Below, in pieces: positions 49,414-60,788 of a DNA stretch of 64,000 nt (positions within the stretch are counted from its first letter, which is position 1; each line of letters starts with the position of its first letter). Position numbers and translations under genes: made by a program. The DNA is from Basidiobolus meristosporus CBS 931.73. Taxonomy: Eukaryota > Fungi > Basidiobolomycota. The stretch covers positions 62,001-126,000 of the forward strand of contig MCFE01000098.1 of the NCBI GenBank assembly GCA_002104905.1, written 5' to 3'. The notes beneath the pieces were generated by a model. That model had not been told where the DNA came from and made no database searches. It was given only the letters and a program-made list of their open reading frames with translations.

Positions 49414-52165
49414 CTAGTATTCTGCATAGCGCACTTCGCCATTATCCATCACCCATTCACAGTACTTTCTCAAGAACTCATCCTTCATGCCCACCGTCTC
49501 GCTATCGCCGATGACACAGAGGTGACGCTTCGGGCGGGTGATTGCCACATTCAGACGTCGGGAATCCGAGAGAAATCCAACCTCCCCGGAGTCGTTGGAT
49601 CGAACCATCGAGAAGATCACCGCTTCTATTGGACATCGTCGATTAAGTAAGCGAGCCAGCCACAAACAGATCTCGATCACCTACCTTTTTCTCGTCCTTG
49701 GAAGCCGTCCACTAAACAATGCCATTGGGTCAGTAGGGAAGTGTAGTCGATGTTATCATAGCAATGACCCACCGGAGCCTATTTCGAGTTCTGGATAAGC
49801 CTCCTTCAAGGCTAGCGTCAGCATCTTGACTTGGGCGTTGTACGGGGTGATCACGGCGATGTCCTCCTCGTGGAGCCCTGCTTCGATGAGACTTTTGACG
49901 TGCTCCACCACCACAGTGACCTCCCCCTCGTTGTATTTACTGTCGCCGTCCTTCTCGCTGTCCCCCGCCTCGGCCAGCTCGTTCATCCCCGCATGGGCCG
50001 TGTCAATGAACACCAGTGGGGCGAGGGTGTTGTCGGTCTCCTCGACGTCCGGAATCTGGCTGAGCAGTCGTTCACGGACCGACGCATGCGCCACCAGCTT
50101 GTCTTCGTAGAATTCCATCGAAGGGAATTTCATGATCATGTCGTGCATCCGATATTGCGTGGTCAGCATGTACTTCACCTTGCTTCCGTAAACAGCGAGC
50201 ATGCGATCAAACAGGGTGATCTCCAGGCTTTTTCCGGAGGAGGGGTCGGGTCGCTCGGTGGGGGAGGAGGGGTTGTTGCGATTGGATTTGAGGGACTTTA
50301 TGGTTGGCGGCAGCTGCAGATGATCCCCGGCCTATTCACAACAACAATGGTCAGGGATGGTTACGCACGGATCACAACTTGGATGGCGGTTACCAAAATC
50401 ACTTTCTCGGCCTTGAGAATGGCGATCCAGCATTCCTAATTAGATCAGAGAAGCATTGGTTAGTGCGCGAAAGGTGCGTAGTCCCGAGATCCCTGCTTAC
50501 AGCTAACAATACAAGTGGTTAGAGGGGATCCATGCTGTGACAAATGATTCCAATCCCACCTTCCAGCGCCTGTGTTGCTTCGTCAATGATCACAACGTCA
50601 AACTTCCGGTTCTTCATGGTCTTGCTTCCACACCTGCGACAAATCTCGCATTGTTATTCCCTGCAAAGACGGCCAAGTTGGAGGGGCCTTACCCATTCAG
50701 GGTGCTCAGGATCACCGGGGTCTCCTCGAGCAGCTCATTCACCACCCTCCCTTCCCGCTCCCTGAATTCTTTCTTGAGGTCCTTGAGCTGCTGGTAAAAG
50801 CCCTTTCTCTCGGAGCGGTTCCTCGACTTCTGAATACTCGCCATGGTCTGGTCCATCTCCTTCCGTATGTCGCTCACCAGTTGCCCTTGATCACACGTTT
50901 GTGTCACGACGTCGAGGGCGTGCTCCATCACTGCAGGCAAGATTCGCGCAGGATGGCCGACTCGCAGAATATTGATTCGGCATTTGGCCAGCCTTTCGAC
51001 CAGATTGTCGACCGAGATATTCGAGGGGCCACACACCAAGACCTTTTTTTCCTGCTTCACCAGCTGTCGGATGATCTCGATCAGCGTATACGTCTTACCC
51101 GTCTAGCCAGGTTGAAAGCGCTGTTTAGCCGCATGTCTTCACTAGGAAACATAAGATTACCTACTCCTGAGCACAATGGACATGAGTAAGTGGGCCGTAG
51201 CCGGGAAGCCATGATGAATCTCTAACCTGGCGGGCCGTGGATCAAGGCGATCTCGTTGGAATTCAGCCCGAATTTCACTGCTTCCTTCTGCGAGTCGTTC
51301 AGATTCTTGTCGAAGAAGGCGATTTTGTTGAATTTTGTCGAGGCTGATGGGGGCTGGAGATTGAAGAGAACCCGAATCAAACTGGTCTCCCGCGCTCGCT
51401 TGAGGTCCATCATGGCCCATTTCATTCTGAAATTGGAAGGCCTTAGCTATGGTTTGCATATGCATGTTTGCTATCGGTCTACCTTTCGTAGCTGATATTG
51501 TTGGCCAGCTTTGTTCTGATCGAATACCAATAAAAGTGGTGAGTGCCTACTCTATCCAATTAATAGTACGCTTCCACCATACATTTTACATCTGTCCTCC
51601 CATTCAACTGGTATCTCCTCCTTCACTGCTACGGTGATAACCGTATCCGTGACCTTCAGTACAACCCCGTCGACGAAAGGAATGGTTTCGTTGGGCTTCA
51701 AGGGTGCCCCGCTTGTAGAACCGGAGCCGGTGGTGACATTTTTGGCGACAGCAAGAGTAGTTCCGCTTGGGGTGTTTGCGGAAACGCGAAGATCTTCGGT
51801 GATTGCAATAATATCTCCAGAGCGGATGCGATGTGGTAGAAAGGCTGAGAGATGCAGGGGCGGCTCAAAGTCAACGACGCTTTGTAATAAGAAATATAAC
51901 ATGTAATAATAATATAAACTCCAGTTAGTCGACTCCTCTCAATCTCTAGACTACGATTGGTACTTCCAAAAAGCGAACATCAGATCTCGTACCTCTTTCC
52001 GCCAAGACCGGTTCGAAGTGCTGTAATGCGCAGACCACCCAAGGCAACTCCACGTCTCTGCAGCTGTTGTATCGATTTTTGACCTAGTAGTTCCGAGTTC
52101 TCATCGATTTCTAGTTGTCTTTCTTTTTCCAACAGGTCCAGTTGGTTCTTTACAAACGTCTCCAT
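49414..52165 (-). CDS. HCS1: SF1 UPF1-like helicase of the Hcs1/SMUBP-2 (IGHMBP2) subfamily, 12 predicted exons including two 2-nt micro-exons
   Basis: N-terminus FVKNQLDLLEKER..E..E and RTGLGGK. Motifs LNDSQKEAV, HGPPGTGKT, PSNISVDNL, IIDEATQA, AGDHLQLPPT, QYRMH, TPYNAQV, SVDGFQGREKEAV, RRLNVAITR. Confidence 0.9.
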
Positions 52166-52331
52166 TTCTAGTGCCCGCTTGGTGTATGGGGGAAATTGTT
52201 GTTAGAAACCGCTAAATAACCACAATAATGCAAGATATCAAATTTGGTGTGCATCCCATTTAGAAATTGTATTAACTGGTTGATTTTATTAGTATCTATG
52301 AAATCCAGACAATTCCCAGTGAATTCTGCAG

Positions 52332-55300
52332 TTACTCGCTATCCGACAATACAATGGCTGATCGCTTTCTCTTCGAAAGTGGACCTGGCCCGTCGCTTTG
52401 CTTACCCCGTCGTTTGGAGCTTCTTGTTTCTCGCTTGGTGATAACTGGGGATGGTTGTTCGTTCAGGGAGCCCAGCTCCTCCGCTGAGTTAGCCTCAATG
52501 TCTAGAAATACAATTAGTGAAAGAATCCGGAATGCTCCCAATCCCAAAACTAACTTACCGATCTCATCGATGTAGAAGACAGGATAGAGCTGCTGGAAGT
52601 CAAACGAATTCACAATGGTCTTGAGTGGAGCTGTGACTGGAGAATCTTTTAACAAACGCTCTTTACAGTGGATAAAATGTCAGTTCTTCTGAAAACTTGG
52701 GTGGCTCGGTTGTTGCGTCTAACATACCAGTAAACTCTTCCAGCGCACTCCCACTTAATTGAACACTCGACAGCCAAAGGTGCAGTGAGTCGAGATGGAT
52801 TTTGGAACGGTCCATTAATTCAGATTCGTCGTTCGCTCCCGCTTTGATTTCAGTGGCAATCTCAAGAAAGATGTCACCAAATGCCTGCGCCAGAGAGTCC
52901 GACCACAAGCGACTCCATTGCGTTAAACACGATCTGAAGAAAGGATCACTTCCACCGTCTCTGTGATTTCCTAGTGTAGACACGATCTGCTTGGTCGGGG
53001 GAACAGTACGGAGCAGGGCTAACAAGCCGTTCAGCGCCTCAGGGTTAGCTGGAAAGAAAACGTAAATAGGGAATTCGACATGAACAATCCATCAAAGCCT
53101 ACCATCTGCTTGTAGTTTATCAAATAACGAAGCAAAAAGCATCTCAACAAGCTCAGTTTTCCCGGCTATTTCAGCAGCGATGAGTTGCCAGACACAGATC
53201 TGCTCAAAGGTCTCCCATTCTAGGGTCGGTCCTAAAGATGGCAATGATAAGGGAGCTGGTCTTCGACCCTTTCGTGGACACTCTTACCAACTGATGTTTC
53301 GTAGTCTGACTGGCCGAACATGGTGAGCTCGTCAGAATTCAGGCTTGTCATGAGTTGATAGACCTGGCAACTGAAAGGTTAGTTATCAGGGCCCCAGATG
53401 GGCAAGGAAGCCAATTGTACCTGGGAAGGATCCATCATTGCAACGGCCAAATGCAAGAAGTCGGTGTTGCCAACACAGATTTCCGGGTATTTCTTGAATA
53501 TATACGGCAGAACTTCGTAAAACAGGTTGATTTGACTTTCTTGCAAGCTCTAAACACTAGCTGTCAGTCAACATGCCTATCGCCTATTGAGTAATGCTGT
53601 TACCATACCGTCATGTCTTTGAGTAGTTGCTCCTTCAATGGAGCATCCTCTACTGTGGCAAATGCGGTGTATTTGTCTAGCAGCACATTATCAAATTTGT
53701 TTTTAGAGCCGTGAACACTATGTCTAGATAGCAGTGGTCAGTTAACAGGAGCCTAGGACTTTCATGATCATCAACTCACTTAAATATGCACAGAATCCAT
53801 CGGAATCCCACTGCCTCGACTTTTCCGGAGATTTTGTTTAAAAGAGTCAACATCCGAGTTTCCAAAGCGGGATCTGATGAGGAGGTCCAAGCTTGATCCA
53901 ACAGAATACTTATCAAGTCTTTGCTCTCTTCATCCTGTGTAAAATAATCTTGGTCCAGATCGGTTAAGGTGGATTTTCTCACGGCTCTAGATAAAGAAGG
54001 GGCGAGGTTTTCGGGCGGGACAGCCTGTGGCGAGGTGTTCAGTCAAAATGAATTGGTAAACAATACGTGTTCTTGCGTACCGTCTTCGCAAATACTTCTA
54101 GAATCTCTTTCAAAAGAGTCTCGGATTTCTCGATCTCTTCATTTGTGGTGGCCTCTCTAAAATCTTTGAGCAGGTCACCGAAAAGCCATAAGCTGGCTTC
54201 ATCGACACTTTCTTCTTCTTCATCCTCCTCCTCTTCTCCTTCCCCTTCCCCTTCTTCTTCCTCGTTCTCTACATCCAAGCTTGCTTCATTCTCTGTCCCC
54301 TCTTCATACTGCTCCTCGGTTTCGAAGTCTTCATTTGCACCCTCTAAAACATCAGACTCTTGTTGGTTCTCCATCCCGTTGAAATCCATACTCATCTCGT
54401 CGTAGGGGTTGGAATTTTCGTTTTGATCGCCCTCAATAAACCCGGATTCATTGTTCTCTCCTTCGGTCAAGCCTAGAGAAGGGTTAATCAGAGGGGTCGT
54501 TATATTGGTCTATGATCAAAAGATCATCGCTACCTGAATAACTAGACGCTACATCTTCTTCTGCAGTCTCCTCTGCACCATTCTCTTCTTCAGGATCTTC
54601 TTGGAAGGCTTGTCCTAGTTGGCCAGTAAACGAGCTCTGGATATCCATTTGGAATGGATCTTTATCATCCTCGAATCCGCTAGAGGTTGCTTGTGGCTCA
54701 GAAGAATCAAGGGAGGGATTGTTGAGGCTGTTCTGATTGACCACATTTCCAAGTATTTGGCTGATTCCTTGTCGGACGCTTGAAGGTATCGCTGGATTCC
54801 CCAACATATTGTTAAACGACCGGATAACTCCCTTCTCCATGATCGTTTGCATGGCGGAGCGTACATGCAGTTTAATATCGTTGGCTTTTTCCGGGTAGTA
54901 TTCCTCTACTACAAATTGTAGAAACTCGAGTAGGATACTAGTAATGAATGCATACTTCTCCACGGATCTCTCCATCAGCAACACGGCGGGTTCTGAAAGC
55001 GATGGGTCAACAGGTGAGGGGTTTTGAATAAATTTAACTGAGGGCACGTACCGATGTTCATAATGTTGTCTATGTTAGGATCGTAGAACAGCCAATCGTA
55101 AAACAATGCTAACTTAGCATTGCTAGCGGCAGCATGAGACTACAAGCCATATCAGCATAGCTCGTCGTGTGAGAAAACAATGAATCTCTAGCGTACCTTG
55201 ATCCCTCTAATCAGCCCACCAATGATTACATATCTAGGCACAATATCCGACGCTAGGACTGCATTTGTGGGATGGTAAACGCCACATATGTATCGAATGA

Positions 55301-56811
55301 GATCACAATACAGCGTCTCGGAATCTGGCGTTGACAGGTAGCGGCTGATGAACCACTGAAGATTTCGCTGATGGCGGCCCCACCGTAACTAGTGTCAATC
55401 TAGAGGTTAGTTCCATGGTATTGTTGACCACCTCTACATAAAGACTCACGCTTTCCATGATGTGAAGAAGCTTAAGCTCCATATCAAACGTTAGTCTGCT
55501 TTGCAGATAAATCTTTGGAGTAGGTACTGAGAGAATGTGCCAAACACCTAGATTGCCGCATAGTAAATTAAGTGTCCAGCACCTAGGTTCAGCACCGCTT
55601 ACCTCGAAAGTGTGGACTTATCTTCTCGGGCCGATAGAAGAGGTCGATCCAGATCTGTTCGAACTCGGGGATGCGCGCTACATCCTGTAGAGCTCGAATT
55701 AGATCGCGCCCGATGTTGGAACACTCTATGAACTTTGCTCTGGTTAGCTGGTGGTTATCGAAGGTGAGCATCTGCCAGTGGAACGTGGCTTACTTTTTCG
55801 CGTAGCAGATACACGCAGAAATCTGTCTCCTTCTGCCGTAGCTCCAGATATTTCCCATGATCCAAGATCACTCTTATAAACGTATAAAAGGATGATGCAA
55901 TGACTACAGGAAATAGATTCATCCACTGTCTAGAGCACCCATCTTTGCTTAACAACTAAATCCTTTTTAAAGCCAAGTGAGACGAAGACCAACCTATTCT
56001 TGGAGAGTAAATCGACCATGGCTTCGCAGAATGACAGGTTCTTCTGTGTTACATCGCCACCTGGACAAATACGTGAGTAATCCAGTAAAGCCCCCATCAA
56101 TTGACCTCGACATCTCACCTCTGATTTGGCGGAGCAATATCGTATACAAACTGTCTATTCCCTGCACGTTCATTCCTGTCAGTTGATCAACCATCCATAG
56201 AAGCTTTGAAAGGTAACGCTCTAGTTAGCACATGGCTCCACTACAGGCAAAGATAAGGACCAACCTGGCTTCTGGTTTTGACATTCATCTTGCAAAATCT
56301 GGGCAGGGCTGCCAAGTACTTCAACTTCCCTACGATATACGCAAATCCATCTCTAACAATGAAATTGAGATATCTAAAATACTGGAAACCACTTTAAGGT
56401 TGAGGCCGGACAATTCTCTCTCGAGGCTGGAAGTTGGATATTACCTCGTTGGCGTTCGCACTATCCGATAGAATACCGTAGAGTAGACCTTTTGCAAGTT
56501 GCGCATGCTTGGTCATACTTTGCGAGGCCTGGCAGGTAGCCGGAATGTTGTCAACACGAGTCCCAGGTGAACATATTCAACTGAAGCAAACCTTTTCCTG
56601 CAATTCGTTATGTAGCTCGATCTCTGATTTTTCTGCTATGGTCGTCTTGAGCTCCTCAAAACAAGCAGCCATTTCCTACACGATCAAAATAATCAGCACA
56701 GCCCTTCACGAAACTAAGCTAGACAATCGAAGGTACTTTATCCAACGCATCTATATCATCCACTGGTTCTAGATCCAACAGAATGGAACAGATCTCACTT
56801 GTCGTTGTCAT
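52332..56811 (-). CDS. INTS3: Integrator/SOSS complex subunit 3 homolog, ~20 exons
   Basis: Spliced translation gives [77 protein letters not shown] and NPEAL, matching INTS3 motifs from memory. Long acidic insert and basic C-terminus. Confidence 0.88.
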
Positions 56812-57113
56812 GTTGCTTTACAGACAAACCTACGTGAGGAACAACGATAGAGTATGAATCGCAGATAGGATTGTTTCAGAATTGGAGGATTTTCAAATTG
56901 CCTACCAAATTTATCGAACAAAAGGATTGATCAATGTTGAAGTTGGATTATGTCCTCAGTCACATCGTTCAGGAGAATCGTCCCCAAGGGTTGGCAAATA
57001 TTTACCAGCCTTCGAGAGAGGTGGAGGGGAGAGATCGATTCTTTTTTATTGTGGACTTCTATCAAAACTCCGGCTTATATGATGGAATATTAAGGCTTCT
57101 CTGAGTTACGAGG

Positions 57114-58476
57114 TCACTGGGCTAGCACCTCACTGATTGCTGATTTGGAGTTGTCTTTGGGGGGACCGGCTCCATATTTCCACTTGGGATGAATGGGCTT
57201 TCGATGTATGAATACTTCAAACCCGTTCAACACTCCCCCCAACTGTAAAAACGCTGCAGCGAACACGTACACCCAAGCCTGATGATACCCTTTAAGTTGT
57301 AGTATCATGTGAATGATGGATGGAGTGAAGTGAAACACGTGAAGGAATAACGCTATTCCCAAATTCTCCGTATGTTTTCTATGTTTTTGCACGGCGTTCA
57401 TGATTGTCGTGCTGTAACGGTGGTTCGAGTTGATACTCAAAGTCCGCTTGACCTTATCTGGAGAAGGGACTTCTCGGCGTGCCTCAGCAGTAGTCTTGAA
57501 AGTCATATCATGTATGACCAACAGATAGCACACCAACACTACAAACAGAACAATGTAATGAACGCTAAGGAACAATTTCAGAAACACCCGGCCAGAGGAC
57601 GTATGTTCGTTCACTAAGCACCTTGTAGCTGTGAATGAATATTAATCGTTCGGAAAGTGGAGGCTTTTTGGCTACATACCAATACATATCTGGACCAAAG
57701 CTCCGGGTGTACACACCAGCAATGGCTGTTCCAAGGCAACTAAGGCCGCATCCTATCCAGACCTTCCAATCCCACCTGCCCAGATAGACATCAATTTTAC
57801 GAACCAGTTGTAAGTAGGTGACTACAGCAACGGTTCCAACAACCGTCATTTCTATGAAGGTTCCGAGATAAATGATGCCCCCTATAACGGCACAGGTCCT
57901 GGAGGACGGCAGCTCATCCCAGTACATGGTATCCGCCACCATGAACAGAGTGATGCATCCCAAGAACAAATCCAGGATCGCAATATAAAACGGGAATCGA
58001 ATGGAGGAAGATAGGTGTGGTTTCTTGGATTCATTTTGATTCCGATACTTGATCTCCTGGAAGTCAATGTAGGACATATATATGACTCCCGACGAAGCGC
58101 ATACATTCAACGTGGCGGTGATGGTGGTCAGCATGTAAAAGAAAATGGATCCATTTGGAGCGAAGTCTGAGAGGAAGTGGTTCTCACCGAGCTCCTCCAC
58201 GTTTGTGCCGTTGTGGGCCTGCTTGGGCTTGTGTCTCTCCTCGCCATGCCTTCTATGACCACCCCCGTGGCTAGTCTGGTTTTTTGGTTTCTTTGGGAGA
58301 TCGCTCTGAGGCTTAGGCCGACTTGAATTAGTGCTAGCAGCCGGGGTCACTGGCTCACGGCGACGAACGAGGTGTACTGAAGTGGAAGCATCCTGGACTG
58401 TTGAAAGAGATAGATTTTTGTATAATACAGTGCAAATCAGCAATAGTCCAACTAGAATATAGCCAATCCGAGTCAT
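57114..58476 (-). CDS. GPCR-like 7TM protein with an N-terminal signal/anchor and polar ectodomain, 2 exons (58476-57680, 57621-57114), ~434 aa
   Basis: SSIRFPFYIAILDL, RTCAVIG, GRWDWKVW, FGPDMYWC and LQLGGVLNGF..F resemble Git3/CAR-like receptors of early-diverging fungi. Confidence 0.75.
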
Positions 58477-58526
58477 ACAAACTAGGCCCTAATTGCTATG
58501 TTATGGCCTTCGTTAAAACAAATGGT

Positions 58527-58568
58527 GGGTTAAGTGGGTTAGCCGGGTTAGTTGGGTTAGTAGGTTAG
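58527..58568 (+). repeat. Five GGGTTAG-like units with ~9-bp period
   Basis: GGGTTAA-GT-GGGTTAG-CC-GGGTTAG-TT-GGGTTAG-T-AGGTTAG. Confidence 0.7.
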
Positions 58569-59051
58569 AAAAGGGCGGTGGAGGAGACAAAGGGAAAGCC
58601 AGGGCAGATCAAGTCCACATATATAGATAAATGCGGGTGAGAGCGTGTGTGGTGGAATATCAAGATACAGAACATCGCTATCGAAGACAATGGTATTTCC
58701 CATCAAACCAGATTCACACGCTCCAATGCATGGCGACAATGGTCTGCACGCGGTCTATCCGTCAGAGCATTATCAAGATGTCGCAAACAATCGAAGATAT
58801 TTCCCCTATGTGGAGCACAATCTCCCGCCCTGCATGAACGTTGATGCAACTCTAATCCTGGCATTGTACCTCTCCAGACAAGCGTGGCCTACGGTTGTAA
58901 TGACTTTATTGTGCTGGAGTGGAGTCTAGAAATCACACCAGTGTGATGCCCATTAGCCACACTCAACGATGAACATGAATCAAGAGAAAAATTACAGAGA
59001 TACGATGCATTTGATTTTCATTATATAACTGATATACAAGTAGCAAGTAGA

Positions 59052-60281
59052 TTATTGTATGTTGCACTTCGGGGCTGGTGACACTTCTCTGGCACCAGGA
59101 GACATGAGGTCCTCGATGTCTGCAGTCCCGCAGTCTGCATTGGCGCCTCTCTGGGCCTGGGTCTCGAGTACGAGTTGTCCGCATGCTCCGGAAACATCCT
59201 GGCCTTTTTCCTGACGAACGGTACAGCGAATGTTGTATTTGTTTTTCAACGTGTTCTTGAAATATTCTGTGCTCTCAGCTCCGGGGGCACTGAACTCAAT
59301 TTCTGGGCTGTAGATTGGGTTCCAGGGAATCAAATTCACCGTGACATCTCTGTCCCTGAGAAGCTCGCCGAGCTCGTCGATATGCTCCGGTAGATCGTTG
59401 ACACCGGATAATAGTACATACTCGATGAACACCTTATTCCCAGTCTTCTCCTGGTAGGTGTCAATGGCCCCCATCAATTTGTCTAGTCTGTATGACCGGG
59501 CACTAGGGACCAACTGCTCTCGGATTTCCTGGTTAGGGGCATGCAACGATAGCGCTAAAGACACTTTGGGCAAGTCAGTTGCGAGCTTCAGAATGTAAGG
59601 AATAACGCCAACAGTGGATACGGTCACTCTAGAAGGCTTGAGGCCAAAGTAACGAGAGTCAATCATGAGTTTGACTGCTTGGGTGACGTTCTTGTAGTTG
59701 TTGAGAGGTTCGCCCATGCCCATGAATACGACATTACGGATGTCCGCTTCTTTTCTCGCGTGCATCAGTTGCTCAACAATTTCGGCTGCGGTCAGATTGC
59801 CTTGGATTCCCATGGTTCCGGTCGCACAAAAGGTGCAGGCCATTTGGCAGCCCACCTGACTAGATATACACAAGGTGGCTCTTCTACTTGTACCATCAGC
59901 AACCAATTTTGGCTTCGTCTCCCCCTCCGAGGCCTCATCGTTCTCGGGGGCAGGCTTTAAACTTAACGGCTCGTAAAACATAATGACCGACTCCACTTCC
60001 AAACCGTCTTGCAAACGAACAACCAGCTTGATGGTGTCACCCGACTTGGAGACTTTCTTATGGATTACCTTACTCGTGCTGAGTACGTAGTTTTGGGACA
60101 GATAGTCCTTCGCCTTCTTTGGGAAATCCACAATCTCGTCATAGTCAGTGGCGGAGCGAAGAATGAGATTGGAATATAGGCTATGAAGATGCTGGGGGCG
60201 AATCTTCAACTCCTCGAACGCTTCTTCTACCGAAGCTTGGTCGAATATGGACTGGGGATTTAACACTCTTTTGGGTGGCAT
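59052..60281 (-). CDS. rlmN: RlmN-type radical-SAM RNA methyltransferase, intronless, ~409 aa (an upstream in-frame ATG is at 60347)
   Basis: CISSQVGCQMACTFCATG (CxxxCxxC plus the first catalytic Cys), NVVFMGMGEP, TVSTVG, LALSLHAPN, EYVLLSGVND, NLIPWN, and GACGQL (second catalytic Cys). Confidence 0.92.
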   Translation of the reverse strand: MPPKRVLNPQSIFDQASVEEAFEELKIRPQHLHSLYSNLILRSATDYDEIVDFPKKAKDYLSQNYVLSTSKVIHKKVSKSGDTIKLVVRLQDGLEVESVIMFYEPLSLKPAPENDEASEGETKPKLVADGTSRRATLCISSQVGCQMACTFCATGTMGIQGNLTAAEIVEQLMHARKEADIRNVVFMGMGEPLNNYKNVTQAVKLMIDSRYFGLKPSRVTVSTVGVIPYILKLATDLPKVSLALSLHAPNQEIREQLVPSARSYRLDKLMGAIDTYQEKTGNKVFIEYVLLSGVNDLPEHIDELGELLRDRDVTVNLIPWNPIYSPEIEFSAPGAESTEYFKNTLKNKYNIRCTVRQEKGQDVSGACGQLVLETQAQRGANADCGTADIEDLMSPGAREVSPAPKCNIQ

Positions 60282-60710
60282 GTTGTTCGACTGGACACGC
60301 TCGTCACGTATGAACTTTAAGGTTGGAAATTTTTTTATTTTTTTCATTTTCCAGGGATTTTTTCACCAGTGAGTGCATCCGTCCTGTGGGGATCATTGGT
60401 GGGGAATTCACATGCGGCGATTCGTGATGGTCCGACGCAATATTGATTGTGAGGATAAACCTTAAATCTCCGATGCGATTTCTCCTAGCCAGATTGAAAC
60501 ATACACACACACTTGGGCGTCAATGGCGCCAAGGCTCCGTGACTGTTTGTAGCTCTTGGTAGCTGATTTCTACAAATCATGGGCTACGGCCTGTTTGTCT
60601 CCACTTGGTACAGTCAGGTCAATGCAGATCATACGAATTTGAAGAGAGATGAAACAAAACTCCACCATCCTACCAATGAACATCAGGTGTTGCCCTTGGG
60701 ATGTATGGTG

Positions 60711-60734
60711 GTGCACGTCACCGAAGTGACGTCA
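60711..60734 (+). promoter_or_regulatory. Paired CRE/ATF-like motifs (CACGTCA and TGACGTCA) upstream of DUF4449-like gene 1
   Basis: Conserved with the same spacing at 63502-63525 upstream of the paralog, while the spacer has diverged. Confidence 0.5.
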
Positions 60735-60788
60735 ATCCGACTGCTCTATATAACCAGGAGAGGCCGTGATACAGCCAGCATTTCAACT

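Noticed and set aside
51880-51992. Third micro-exon in the 113-nt first helicase intron
   Set aside because: The frame is already preserved by one intron, and candidate internal exons give stops or lack good donors.
60579-60788. 70-aa N-terminal extension of the 787-aa ORF
   Set aside because: The paralog aligns only from MDN, and this stretch contains the conserved promoter motifs.
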